Shown here piece by piece: positions 12,288 to 25,036 of a stretch of 64,000 bases of DNA. Numbering within the stretch: the first letter of the stretch is position 1; each line of letters opens with the position of its first letter. The position numbers and the translations under genes were made by a program. The notes beneath the pieces are model-generated. The model had not been told where the DNA came from. It saw only the letters and a list, made by a program, of their open reading frames with translations, and made no database searches. This DNA comes from Phoronis australis (Eukaryota; Animalia; Phoronida), in NCBI GenBank assembly GCA_002633005.1, contig NMRA01000162.1, positions 365,632 to 429,631 on the forward strand. Reading direction: 5' to 3'.

Positions 12288-15185
12288 AAGAAACAACATT
12301 GCAATGGAATCCATGATCAGGCATATCAAGTGCTGAATTTCTGAATAGGTTCATTTCTCTCAGGTTATTGCTTAAGGATAGCTTTTCACTTTGTCTAAAG
12401 GTAAAATAGATGGTCAGGCGGTTGGTTTCAGTTGTTTTTTCTCACCTGTAACAGAATAGTGGGAGAAATATTAGCAAATTATAAAAGAAAACGCAAGACA
12501 AACTACTTTTGTAAGGCAGAACAAACGTGACGTTTCATCTTCATGTTTATATGTAGAAACTAATTATTTTTATACCCAAGTCTTATTTAATATCTGAATT
12601 AAAATATGTGAAACAGGCTAAAAGTGATTTAACAATGCGTGTTTTGCATGACACTTGAAATGTGCTTCTGATATCAACAAGCAAAATTCATTCTATGTGT
12701 AAATTTTTATTGCAATGCAATGTTACAACATTTACTGAATTAAGGCTTATTCATGTTAATTCGGTAACTAATCTGGTAGTCTTGGGGGGTGATTTCCGCT
12801 ATAAAATAAGGAAACTCACTCATCTAGAGAAGGTTATTGGACACATCATAGTTTTGAAGAAAAACTGCTGTGAAAAAGTCACCCTTGACTTCTGAGCGTC
12901 ACGTACCATATACCTCTTATATTGGGCGCACTCCTACCCAGGACTATATGAATATGTTGTGCTAGCCTACCCGGCATCCGAGTCCCGAGTGAGTTTCCGA
13001 AAAGAAACACTTAGCTCCACTCAATAAACCCGTTATTCAGTGGGGTAACTGGTGGGGATAACATCACCGAACTGGTTGCTAAAAACTTACCAAGTAAATG
13101 GAAATGCATAGAGTACACAAGGGACTTTTTGTCAGATGGTTGACCATTTTGACCACAATTGTCCACGAATATAGTAACCTTAGATCTTTTGGCAATTTGT
13201 GGCCACCTGTCGAAGACTTGTACAACGGAAATAGCTGTAATAAGCTTTAGCGCGACGACGTATTTTGATAACAGTTCCATCTTTTACCACTTGTTTACAG
13301 GCAGACAGCGACGCATGCGCAATTCAATCACCACTAGTACAGCAGCGACACCACGAGGAGAATTCTCCGAATAGCCCCATTTAAAGCTTGTTACATGATA
13401 AATTTGCATAATTTATGCAAATAAAGCCCCTTTTTATTAAATTCTGTTTCTGTTCATGTCTTCCTTACGGGGCACTAAATGTAAATTATTTTGATATTCG
13501 AGCTTAGCATGCAATGAATTCAACGAAATCACTTTGCAGGTCATTACATCATAAACTTGTATCAAGTTCCTGTAAATTGTGACCATCAAGGGTTGTTTGG
13601 TTCATGGTGTTGGCTACATATGGCTCGGGATGAATTGATTAAGGTTGAGACACCTTTGCATGTTGCACCATCTGAAAAAGGTCGGAAAGCATTTTCAGAG
13701 GTGTGTTGGTGGCATGGTAGGGAGTTATTTAAGTCTGAGAGAAGTGACTAAAATGATACACGGAAATCTGGTGTAGCTTTACCATCACGGCATTGAGGCT
13801 AAGCATTGATCATTTTAGAAAAACGTGGGCTTGGGTCAGATAAAACATACGATACAAATGCACATGGTATAAATTAAAGAGCCTATGGGCCATTACTTTT
13901 TGTTCCTATTTCGTTTCCAATTATAGTGGGTCCGTTGGCTCGAGCTAGCTATCGGAGTGCCTCAGTGCAATCAGTGCGCTCTAAAATTATCACTGTTCGC
14001 TAAAGTATTGCTTGGAAAATCTCCGAAGCTGCAAAACTTGTCCTCAAAATTTACAGACGTCCATATATACGATCGTTTTGGCTGCCGTGCATGCTGTCAG
14101 ATACATTGCTTAGTATGTTGTCGTTACAACTGCGACTAGCCTGCTATTAATTTGGCTAAAAGCGAAAATCGAATAAGGTGAGCTTTTTATTATCGCAAAA
14201 TCGGTGTCATACTATTCCTTACTGTTAAAGGATTCTAGTTACATTACCAGCAAAAATGACACATGTACGCTATTGTCTGCAAATTGAGTTTTTTTTAAAC
14301 TTTCATTATCAATAAGCAACATTACAATGTAAATCAAAATGAACACATACACGCGCGCACGCACCCATTCAATGGTCTCTTAGTTTTCAACAATGTGAGC
14401 AAATTTTAAGCATCTATTTCTAAATCTATCAAACTGTGTTTTTTTCGAAAATATATTTGTCTGTGAGATAATACTGTATAAAAATATCAACAAAAGCATT
14501 AATAGATTGTAAAGCGACCCCCAGTCTTTGACAGTATATGTAAAATTTCTCTAGAATCAAAACTAAGTTTGTAGGTGAATAGGCCTATGTGTTGTTGATT
14601 CCAAAAAGAACAGTATCGTTCATTATTGTTTCATCGCTATCACTGAAGCAAAATTCAAAAATATCTTCCCAGAAGGTCCTTGTGTAGTTATAATGTACAA
14701 ATAAGAGCATCAATGTTTCTGGGGCTTTGTTACAAAATGTACAAACAGAAGAATCCGGGACGCCTTTTTGTAAAGATATGAATTTCTACATAATGTTCTA
14801 TGAACTAGTCGATACTGAAACCATCTCAATTTAACGTCTAGAGAAAAATTAAAAACATTTAATTGAATTGAGTTGGTAACGGAAATGTGACTATAAAAAA
14901 TATTGCAGTTTTATGATAGCAAAGGATCATTGCTTTACAACTAAAATGGCAAAATTGTGATGTCCCAAGCATATTTTTGTTTTTAACTGTTAAAACTTGC
15001 AACAAAAACAATAAATCAAAATCCTTTTATGGTAAAACATACTCTAGTAGCCATCCTGTGATATTGGTTGTCGGCAGGTGGCACACCAGGGTGCGCCCCC
15101 CGTGATTTATGAATGCACTTGTCACCAATCATCGTTCCACACTTCACCGGCATCTAAAACTATTTGCTTGAAGCTTGGACGTCCT

Positions 15186-15420
15186 GAGGCCCGTTCCAAG
15201 AAACTAACTTAAGTTCATTTTTACTTAAGTCTAAGATTTGTCTCAACCTCCAAACTTTGAAATTTCTACAACCGGTTAAATCAACTACAAAACAAAATTA
15301 AGCCTAAAACTTAAGATAACTTTCTTGCAACGGACTTAAGGCAAACTTAAGTTTTATCTTAAAATCGACTGAAGTGTAAGATTTATCTTGGCCAAGCCAG
15401 TTTTTTTAGAACGAATCCCC
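15186..15420. mobile_element. Probable PIF/Harbinger-like MITE
   Basis: Imperfect inverted ends GGCCCGTTCCAAGAAACT / AGTTTTTTTAGAACGAATCCC, with internal ACTTAAG repeats. Confidence 0.35.
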
Positions 15421-15647
15421 GTTCATTCATTTATTCACAGGTCACGGGTTTGAATTTTATCCTATTATACGTGGTTGTCACCGTATAAACCATCCGATGT
15501 CAGGCACATTTCGAATTATATGGGCAGCACTTGCTTAAGTGAAAGCGGGGCATTTAGGTTTGTGCCGAAACGCAAGGATGGAATGAGCAAAAAACCCAAA
15601 CTACCGTGCATTCAGAAGTCATGTTGTACGTCCAAGTTGATTGATTG

Positions 15648-15905
15648 CATGCGCCCACCTAGCTTAACATATGGGGAGCTCAAATTTTTGAGTTTGTGAA
15701 CCTGTTACCGGGGACTAAAAAACAAAAAAACAAGCACTATATTCAGACCTATGAATTCGCGCCGAATTCCTGGGGACTTTTGTCTCGTTTCTGTTTCTCG
15801 GACTTTTTGTTTCTCTGATGCGGACCTTTTTGCCCACTCCGCAAAATGGGAGGGAGGGGGGTTGGCTCTTTGGAGCCCCCTCGAGCCCCCCTGGCTGCTC
15901 GCATG
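15648..15905. mobile_element. MITE with CATGCG termini and 5-bp TSD GATTG
   Basis: GATTG|CATGCGCCCACCTAG...CTGGCTGCTCGCATG|GATTG. Shares GGACCTTTTTGCCCACT with the copy at 21365. Confidence 0.8.
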
Positions 15906-17642
15906 GATTGCAATTGAAATTTCTGGGGAAATGGCTTCGCTGCGATAGCACCTCTAACTATTCCACATACTCCAGTGGCAGACCTGAAGACATCGGAACC
16001 ATGGCAAGAATCCCCAGATTCGCACCACTAACTCCCCCACACCAAAAATTGGTCCATGCACGGTGACCAAACTCAAGTCCCAGTGACAAGACTCCATGGT
16101 CTAATTTGCAATTGGAATTTTGTCTTGGTAATCGCGTATGAAACCTGTTCGGTGCCTCTATGTAGGAGTGCGACTATGGGGATTTATTCCATCGGTTCGG
16201 TGACTAAGGTATACATGTAGTAACTACAAGTTAGAGGTGCTTAGAACAACCCTTGATAACATGGTAATCATTAGCAATTAGCTGAAGAAAACTGTTCCTT
16301 GTGGAAAAGCTCGGATAAATTACATGAATTTTCATGAATTACAATATTGATTAACAGGCCTACTCTGCAATTCATTGCATCTCTGAGGGGGAGCATTCGA
16401 AAAAAATCCTTTATTTGCATGAATAATAAGTTACGCAAATCTATGATGTAATGACATAAAAACTAATTTATTAAAATCATTGACGATAAAAACGTGGGTG
16501 CAAATATCAAAATCATTTTGAAGAATAGTTGTCATTTTTGTATAAATTATCCAAAAACTGACCTCATTAAATTAATTGAATACATAGACATACTGTAGGT
16601 AGTAAAAACGTAATCGTGAAATTTGTTACGCTTGCAAAAGTAGATTTTTAAATTATCATGAACTTAATTCGCATAAATTATGCAAATTCACTAATTATCC
16701 TCCTGCATCAAACTTCTTTGATTTAATGACCTCAGTGATATAAGTGAAAAATCACAATAACATACTTGCAGTATTCGGTAAGGAAGGAAAAACAGAATTT
16801 TGCATGCTGGCGGCTTAAATTTGCATATTTAAAAATACTTAAAACAACTAAGAAATTTATACTGCCAAGAATTTTTAGGCTCTCTATGGGTGGCAACTCG
16901 ACTAGTAAAATTTTACGGATAAAAATAAGCTCGACAAAGATTTTAGCATTACATAGAACGTACATGTAAGAGAGAAGCAAGGAGCACAACTCGATACGAC
17001 AACGAAGGTAACATATATATCGCAGGGGAGACCTGCCGATTGTCCACTTTAGACAATGATGTTAGTGACGTTGTCAGTGCTGCTAAGTACCCGCTAGTCT
17101 TTTATTTGTTTGTAGTGACAAGCAACCATAACACAATTTTGTATTGTAAACACATGAACTGTTTCTGTACCATCTGAGACTGTCTGGACACGCACATACA
17201 TGTACTTCGTCAAAAACACCTGTCCACAAAAAATTTTGTTCAAAAGCTTCATACCGAGTCGCTGGTAGTGTCGAAACAAACTCCTTTCTTACGGTGTGCA
17301 GCTGTGTAGCAAAACACCGAGAGATATAACAAACAAACAAATAGAAACACTAACTAATGTATATTACGAGACTGCATGTCTCATCATCAGGCAATAAGTG
17401 GAATTAACATGTACATGTACGTAGCGAAATAAACAATGAAATACACATAACGGCGGAATGAGGGGCATACAAGCAGAGAGTGTGAAAGCAACACACGGTG
17501 GTCAGCTCACGACCCTATCACAGCGTGTGGTACACACCTGTGAACTGTTTGTGTTAATGAAGGGCTGCTACCGAACTATACATACGTGTACATGTACCGC
17601 TGTCCTCAAGCCTTGCTGTTGCATCCCGTGTTCGTTAACACA

Positions 17643-17712
17643 TGTACTTTTATGTTCATGTAAAGGCAATCGTCTTTTAAGACGATTGCCTTTACATGAA
17701 CATAAAAGTACA
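17643..17712. repeat. Perfect 34-bp inverted repeat with 2-nt spacer
   Basis: TGTACTTTTATGTTCATGTAAAGGCAATCGTCTT-tt-AAGACGATTGCCTTTACATGAACATAAAAGTACA. Confidence 0.95.
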
Positions 17713-17770
17713 ATTAAAATTGTTTTATGGTTGAATTACGATTTTGTAGTTATCTTTGGTACATTCTCCT

Positions 17771-17921
17771 GGCGTGCGTTCAGTAACGCTAGGACCTACG
17801 CTAGGACCTAGCTAAAATCTAGCCAGAGTCACATGTTCTCATTTGAAATACACGACAATATCTCACGTAATCTCGCGAAGTCTTGCTTTTTAGCGAGGTC
17901 CTAGCGTTACTGAACGGGAGA
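17771..17921. mobile_element. Small MITE (Harbinger-like)
   Basis: Inverted repeat CGTTCAGTAACGCTAGGACCT (17777) / AGGTCCTAGCGTTACTGAACG (17896-17916). The left arm has a 12-bp tandem duplication. Confidence 0.65.
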
Positions 17922-18480
17922 CTGGTTTCTACGTAATTGACCTATCGCAAGCTCCGTCCCTTTACGTAATGTCGACTAACAAACAATGAGTTTTACCCCG
18001 CAACATGTTGTTTGTCGGGTAAAATGACGGCGTGGAAACGAAGGTGTGTCAAGAATGATGAGTTCTTAATGGTCAGTTAAGCTGTCACTCAAAATCCTGG
18101 GGATAGGTCAATTATGCATGGATCACTTCAGACGTAACAAATCATTCCCAGATGTCTTTGTTTACATTCTCATCGGACTGACGTTGCATGCCACATTGTA
18201 TACTTCAAGTTGCAACCTTTTCTTGGAGTCTTATTCAGTATCCCTGGAAGTTGTTACAACCACCATAAGATTCGAAGAGTACATGTACATGTACTGAAGT
18301 CCCCTTTTACCGATTTTTAGTGCCGGGATGAAGAGACCACTCGGAGTTGGTTTGCACATCAAGGATAACCAGAAAGTCTCAACTTGTCCAAAATAACATT
18401 CAAATGGTTGTCTTCCCCGTTAAATGTGTGACCAATTTAACTTGCCTTTCCGTTTTAACATAATTCGTTACTTTATATAG

Positions 18481-18623
18481 GGCAAGGTGTCTTCCTCACT
18501 TTCATGGCGCCTCTCGCGCTGAGCAGAGGGACGACGCCGTCGAATGTTTCCTGGTTGTATTGCAGCATTGGATTGTCTGTTATCGTTGGTCGGATCGNNN
18601 NNNNNNNNNNNNNNNNNNNGCAG
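18481..18623 (+). CDS. SLC16/MCT-like exon (TM7-TM8 onward), interrupted by assembly gap 18598-18619
   Basis: Acceptor tttatatag|GG, phase 1 matching the previous exon. Reads GQGVFLTFMAPLALSRGTTPSNVSWLYCSIGLSVIVGRI, then Ns. A probable donor GCAG|gttcgg follows the gap; this end coordinate is less certain. Confidence 0.8.
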
Positions 18624-18636
18624 GTTCGGTTGCATT

Positions 18637-19371
18637 ACCTGACACCTGACGGCAGACGGAGGTGTTGAAATTATCCAATGACGTAATTGGTTTCACAAGT
18701 AGTCTATTCAGCAGTTCACAACACGGGTTAGTGGTGTCAGCTTATTGCTTCAATTCATCGTTTAACACCAATAAATCATCAAACCTCGATGTAAAACCCT
18801 TAAAACTTCTCTGAGTTCTTATAAAAACGTGTTGTCTTGTTTCGCTGTTACGAATTTACTGGTATTTGGACACACCGTAGCCTACAACGTTCGGCAGGCC
18901 AATTTACCAAGGTCCGTAGCAGGAGTTTGGGGTCTGCTCGGAGATAAATTCGAAGTATTCTTCCGTGAAATACAGACAGGAGAACCTAGATCTGTGTAGT
19001 TAATACTTGTGATTTTTTAAGTTTTAAACACACAAAACGCTCGTTATCCCGGCCAATGGTTCGGAACCCGATCAGGCCCGTCGCGGCCGGATTGACTCGT
19101 TATCCCGCCCCGTGGTTCGGAACCCGATCAGGCCCGTCGCTGCCACCGGGACTGGCAGGAACGTAAACCATGTTGAGTTGGAAACTAAACCTCCAGTCAC
19201 GAATGAGCCAAAAAAATAATTGTGCACGTAATTATTTATGGTAATTAGCCACTACACGCAAAATCTACTTACTTGTCGGGTTCCCCTTCCACAGACCGTC
19301 ATTGCACAGGTTATACAGGAACAATGATTTGAATAATGTATTTGTATTTCCAAATAAAGATTCCCCTAACA
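18637..19371 (+). repeat. Non-autonomous interspersed repeat, copy 1 (copy 2 at 53242-54942)
   Basis: Colinear similarity from CCTGACAC.TGACGGCAGACGGAGGTGTTGAAATT through AATAAAGATTCCCCTAACA. Contains a ~56-bp tandem duplication at ~19040-19140. Confidence 0.85.
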
Positions 19372-19679
19372 AGCGACCATAGCATATAAATTCGAGTAAT
19401 TGTTTCACAACAGCTTTCTGTCAGCAAACACTGAATTAGCATGCGCTCAGACGGCGTCGGTGCCCGGTCAATTACATTTGTTGCCGGCATCAAAACTCGG
19501 TAACGCAATGGTTTATTCATTGCTGGCTTCTCAAAACATTTGCACTCACGAGCACTCCAAGGCAATACAAATTGTATCTAATGAGACAGACTTTGTTTCA
19601 GTTTCATAAAAGCATTCTTTAGGATCATTTTAGGATGAGAATAATTATTTTGAAACAGAACACAGAAAAATAAATGTCT

Positions 19680-20252
19680 ACATGGCAACTCCCCGGGCGC
19701 CAATCCCGATTTAGTCAAGAACTCATCCGACGAAGACTTCACGGGTCGATAGTTAGGTTTCACTGGCTATCAGTTCGAACCGGAATTCACTGATCAAGAA
19801 ATACTAGCAGCTAGAGAGGCGCTGTGAACATGCACAGGCAACGGAACGTATTGATAGTTCTTTGGTAAGCCGGAATTCGTCAGCCGGAGAAATCACTGTC
19901 GAGGAAATGCCGGTCACAGACAAGGAGATGTTTCACGGCCTCACACTTGCTATTAACAGCATACCTTTCATTCTTCACTACCGCGAGCCACTTCCTAAGC
20001 ATTTTGGGCTCTCGAGGAAGTCGAAAAAACGATATACTCGCTTTCTTTGCAGCTTCATAGTTGGAACAAGCAGGAACGATGTAGTGGCATTTACTCTGCA
20101 GAAGAACCACCGACGTCACTGCTTCGTTTCTCACCTTCCTCACATTTTAATACGACACCTCTCGGCACGGTGAGGTCGACCGTATAAGCGGATATTTGGA
20201 TATAGACCGATTAAGACGGTAAAAAGACTAATTAAATCGGGTGCATTCTCCT
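19680..20252 (-). mobile_element. Kolobok relic: THAP domain (19880-20143, -) facing a KolX-like N-terminus (~19682-19825, +)
   Basis: The THAP-like sequence reads VPACSN..SFFRLP..RKWLAVVKN..VCDRHFLDSDF. The opposite strand GYQFEPEFTDQE resembles GYMFEPEYNEAE of the 51-53 kb element. The terminus is TTAA|AGGAGAATGCACCC at 20252. Confidence 0.7.
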
Positions 20253-21364
20253 TTAAGAAGGACTGATCTCGGTAGTGTATGCGATAAGAGGCGAAGAGAT
20301 GCAACTGACTGGAGGAACAATCTTTATGTTGCTTTGGTTCATGTTTGGATTGAAGCGTTTCTTTTGGTTCTTTAATACAGCGGGGATGAAATTCTCTTTT
20401 AACTTTTCTAACATATGCCACACATGTATTTCTTAAATAATGGCCAACTGCGAACCACTTTTTGTGATACGTGTTTTTTTACTTAATTTTAGTCTAAAGC
20501 CCATTGTCTTTCACTTTAGAAACCTAGTTTCTTTATTGAAGACAAGCATGCATAAATTTTGCTCGTTGTCTCAATTTCTTGGAACTATACAAAAAGTTGC
20601 TTACTTTCGACTAATTTATATATTTAGCGATAAGAAGATCTATAAATGGGCACTGATTAAGATCACCACCTTAGGTAAATCTAATACCTTTGGAATAGGT
20701 GCTATATTAAAGTTCAGTGAACAGGTGTTAAGTGTAACCTACAGATCCAGATCTCATGCAATGCGGACGAGAGGTTTCAACTTACTGGAATAAACAGCGT
20801 TTTAACATCTTTTCTGCTATAATGCTGGTAAATTTCCACTGATGTGGAGTGAGATGTACCAATACCTTACGAAAAAGGGCTAACCTTGTGAAATATCAAT
20901 TGATGAGCAAGAACGTACATTTTCCATTGCCAAGATGTACATGTATCCGCGATAAAGCGCCGACAGAGCGGGAAAATTTCGATCTCAGACGGCGTCAGAA
21001 GGCTAAAATAAATTATTGAACTTTAACTAATCAAACAATGGGATTTATTCCTTTGCGTTTATGTTTTTGAACCCTTATGTAATAATTAGATTTCGATCCA
21101 CCAAATATGATCCGGGATCAATCAGAAGTTATGCTCTTATTATGCTAGAGGGCGCCAATATGAACAGTCCTCTGTTTGTTTTTAAACTCGTAAATCTTAA
21201 GCAGAGACTTGTACTCAAGATACGGATGACACTCACAAGCACCCAAAATATATCATGCAAACTGCTCTGACACGAATATTTCTAATCTTTATACTTTTAA
21301 GGAAAAAGTAGTACCTTGAGACGAATACCGCGGACAAGAGTAATTCAGTCTTCGAATTTCGTCC

Positions 21365-21590
21365 CATGCGCGCAACTAGCCTAAAATATAGGGGTGCTCG
21401 AATTTTGAGAATGGACCTTTTACAAAAAAAAATAGTTACCCGTTCAGAGGTGTGGGTTGTACATTCGCCGAATTCCTGCGTTTTTCTACATTTTTTTGAC
21501 ATTTTGTTTCTCTGAGGCGGACCTTTTTGCCCACTTCGCCAAATGGGGCGGGGGGGGGGCTCGAACGAGTCCCCCCTGGGTGAGCGCATG
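21365..21590. mobile_element. MITE with CATGCG termini and 5-bp TSD CGTCC
   Basis: CGTCC|CATGCGCGCAACTAG...CTGGGTGAGCGCATG|CGTCC. Same family as 15648-15905. Confidence 0.8.
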
Positions 21591-22567
21591 CGTCCATAAT
21601 TTAAGCGAAAATTCTCACTGATTCACATTAACCTGGTATCAATAACCATCACGTATGTCGTTGGTAATGGACAGAAAAACAGGGATTCGTGGCAAGCTGT
21701 AATACCTTTACACGCGTGGCAGTTGATTGCCGCCGGGGGTTCTAAACTCCCGAGGGGCGCTCGACTATATTTTTGACGGGGGTTGCAACTGAAAAAATAG
21801 GATTCCTGCCGGCTTAAAGAGTGTAGTTGGAATAACGGCCCCATTTGTAGGGAGTTTTCCAATTTGTAGGGGCTGATTCTTGGACTCAAAGCTGATGTTT
21901 CAACAGTTCAAGAACTGGAACTCGACACTCATGAGAACATCGTTTACAAACAAGGTTTTAAACACATAATATACAATTAAAAACTCACCACTATGCTTTC
22001 GTTGTGTGGATGAAAAACGAATCTACGTTGTATTATACAATATCGAACTCAGCTCATTAACGGGACAACGTTTAATGTATGTTGAAAATCGACAAAATTT
22101 TGTTGGAAAAGGCACCCTTCCGCTGGAAAACCGGTCGTGAAAGGTCACTGGTCTGAGCGGCACGTCCCAGATACATGCACGTCTTCTATGGGGTTACAAA
22201 CTCTGCTCAACTTACGTCGCAAAGGGAATGTCCTATCTTAAAACTGTCATTACTGAAAGGCCGAATACCCTGCAGCAAGTAAGGGGAACTCAAACGTACA
22301 ATAGACTAAATTTTCCTAAAGTCCAATTTTGTGCGGACCATTTTGGAAATATGTAAGTTCATTCGTCGGCCATATCGTGTGCTTAACTAATATAAAAGAA
22401 CCATCAGATCCTCGCACGCACGCAAGCACGCAAGTGTTTGCGCACACAAACACCCAGAGAGTTTCTTTCCCAGTTTCGGGTAACGCTTGGATAAAAGTCT
22501 CTTTCAGACCCCAATGCGTACAAAATCCAACATGGACACTAAAATACAAACTTTCCCGTTATCTTAG

Positions 22568-22693
22568 CTGTCTATGCATCCCTCCGCACCATCGTACTTG
22601 TGGACGTTTTGGGCATTGACAAGCTTACGCACAGTCTAGGAATACTAGCGACATTCCAAGGAATTGGATTTTCTGTAATGCCTCCTCTCGCAG
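22568..22693 (+). CDS. SLC16/MCT-like exon (TM10-TM11)
   Basis: Acceptor atcttag|CT and donor GCAG|gtttgt; 126 bp, phase 1-1. Reads VYASLRTIVLVDVLGIDKLTHSLGILATFQGIGFSVMPPLAG, matching the MCT LVDLLG..L...FG......G......PPLAG pattern. Confidence 0.9.
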
Positions 22694-24309
22694 GTTTGTG
22701 TATTCTATACATAGCACTTATATTGTCTGTCTGCATGTTTTTACGATGTTTCAAGTAAGAATATTACCTGTACTTTAAGATCTGTAGTTGTTTTGTCTGC
22801 AAGGTTAGGTGTAACCCTATTTCACAAAATGCTATTAAACTGTGAGATGTACATGCAGCAGGTTATATTTAATTTCTCAAAAATAGTTGTGGTTTTCTAG
22901 TGAAGAACGCTGCATTTTGAAAAGCCGTTACTCAAACTCAACATTTGTTTACTAGCAACCTGTCAAACCATATCTTCCACCAAAGTGTCCCCACAATACA
23001 ACGCCATATTGTTTGTCAACCCTCACAAGTTTGGAGTGAAACAGCTGTCTTCAGTATTGTTTCAAAGTTCCGAAAATTCGGTGACAAGTCAGACTGTAAA
23101 GGAAATTATTTGTCAGAGGTCAAGCAAAATCTGACGCGTAAGTCAACTCCATGCGAGACTCGATTTCCCGCTGCAGTCGAAGTCACACTCATTCCCAGAG
23201 GCTGACGGTCTGTAACTGAAGTTCGCCGTCCGTCTGAGTTAGAAAAAAAACCGCCATGATTTCAACAAAGGTTCATAAAATTGCAGCGACTACGACCCAA
23301 GCTCTGGGGGCTAGTACGCAAAAGACTTAGTATCTTTACCAACCTACGAAAATAGTGCACGAATTATCTTACACTGTAGTCAAAACTCCTGAATTTAAAG
23401 CGTTCCCACAATGGATTTTTGCACTTTTTGAGGTTTTAAAACTTGCATAATAATTTTGTTACATAAATGCGTAGTAAAGAAACACTTCTTTTGGATAATA
23501 ATTGAGGAGTTTAAAAAAAATATTTTCGGTTTCCTGCACCAGTGGAAAAATTTGATCAGTTGACATGATATATGCAATGGCACAAAGTAAGTTACGAAGG
23601 CTTAGAGAGCGACCTTCACGAGTATTATAGACAGGTATGCAGATGGAACTGAAGACGACACTCAGTCCATATATACAACTGATAATGAGTTAGATCTCAC
23701 CATATTGGCAGACTTTGCGCGTTTTAGGCCGTATGACCTCGACCCTCCCGCACCGGTGTCCCCGGTTGGTGAAGTCGAGTTCGAGTCTTCTCAGTCTGAA
23801 GTTCTTGCCCCGACTGTCAAAACCCAGTCGCGGATAGCGGTTATATTGATTTCCTGTCTTCGAATGCCGAGTGCGTTGGCCATGAACGATCATGGCTAAT
23901 TATTGTGATGCTAACCAGATTTTATTTCTGGTAAATAATACTCGTTCCTGTCTCTCCTCTTCTAAAATTGTGGAAGCTCTGTACCGGTTGTTATTCGTCG
24001 ATTAGCTCCATCTAGTGTTCAACTCCAGCCTCTGTGTCGTCTGCGGTCATGACCACAAATTATTTATCATTCATCGACTTTAAAGTTTTCTGCTATTAGG
24101 CATTGACGTATATGTAGATAGCATGCATTCCCACAAAACTTAAGCAAGGCTGAACTGGTGAGAACTTTCGCACTGCAACCATATTCATTATCTCAGTCAG
24201 ATTTTGATACTTAGGGTTATACTCAATGTGTGCGTGACATCCATATTCCTAGCAATAGGTGCAATACAATACACTCTTTTTGTTCATCAAAATGGAGTTA
24301 TCTTCATCN

Positions 24310-24489
24310 GACTGACTCGGCAGCTCTCACAGTCAGACTATGTGAAAAGAAATTGGCGGGAAGCGCTTGCCTCCTAAAACGTCACTTCCGGAAAATTACG
24401 AAAAGCTGTAATTAAGTGAAAAATATGTCTAGGATAACCAACCTACCTTATTTTAGCTCAAAATGACATGGAAAAGGTTGCCTTCGCCT
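24310..24489 (-). mobile_element. Kolobok left terminus, same family as 51161-53102, starting at the single N at 24309
   Basis: Near-identical to the reverse complement of 51161-51361 and ends in TTCGCCT|TTAA. Confidence 0.9.
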
Positions 24490-25036
24490 TTAAGAGGATC
24501 AGTTAAGTCGAATGTCACTCGCAAGATCGCCTTGTGCATCCTAAAATGACCGGTTAAAATGTCTCATTCGTGACGTCAGAATAGCTATGACATCGTCTGT
24601 GCTGTGACTAGAAACTTGCACCCGTCTTAGAGCAAAACGTGCCAGATGACGATTGAATCCGTGTTTATTTAGAAGCTCTGAATGACGCTGGGGTTTACGA
24701 GAGGAGATTGCGAAAACGGTGAATTTATGACTGATGACTACAGTGTGTACATTGTGCAAGCTACAAGTAGTGTTCCCTGTCAAACGAGCAAGGGCAGTGT
24801 CCAATTTTAGATAATGGTCATTTACCCATCTATTGGCTTGGAACGGTACTTACGGTACTTTCTATTCAGGCGAAACTGCGTCCGTTCTTTCAAAATCCCA
24901 GAACTTAAGAAACGCTTGCAAGAACGAGTAACATGTGTTCCCGATTATCGTCAGGAAACGACAGTTTCTGGCAATCAAGAATTGTTTTCACAAACAATTT
25001 TGTTGTCTTTAAGCCCCTTATTATTTATCGTTGCAG

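Noticed and set aside
9846-13680. Exon-like blocks with plausible splice sites (~9846-10020, ~11180-11319, ~13541-13680)
   Set aside because: They contain stops or give no recognisable protein, and they are not needed for the MCT model. A nested gene cannot be supported.
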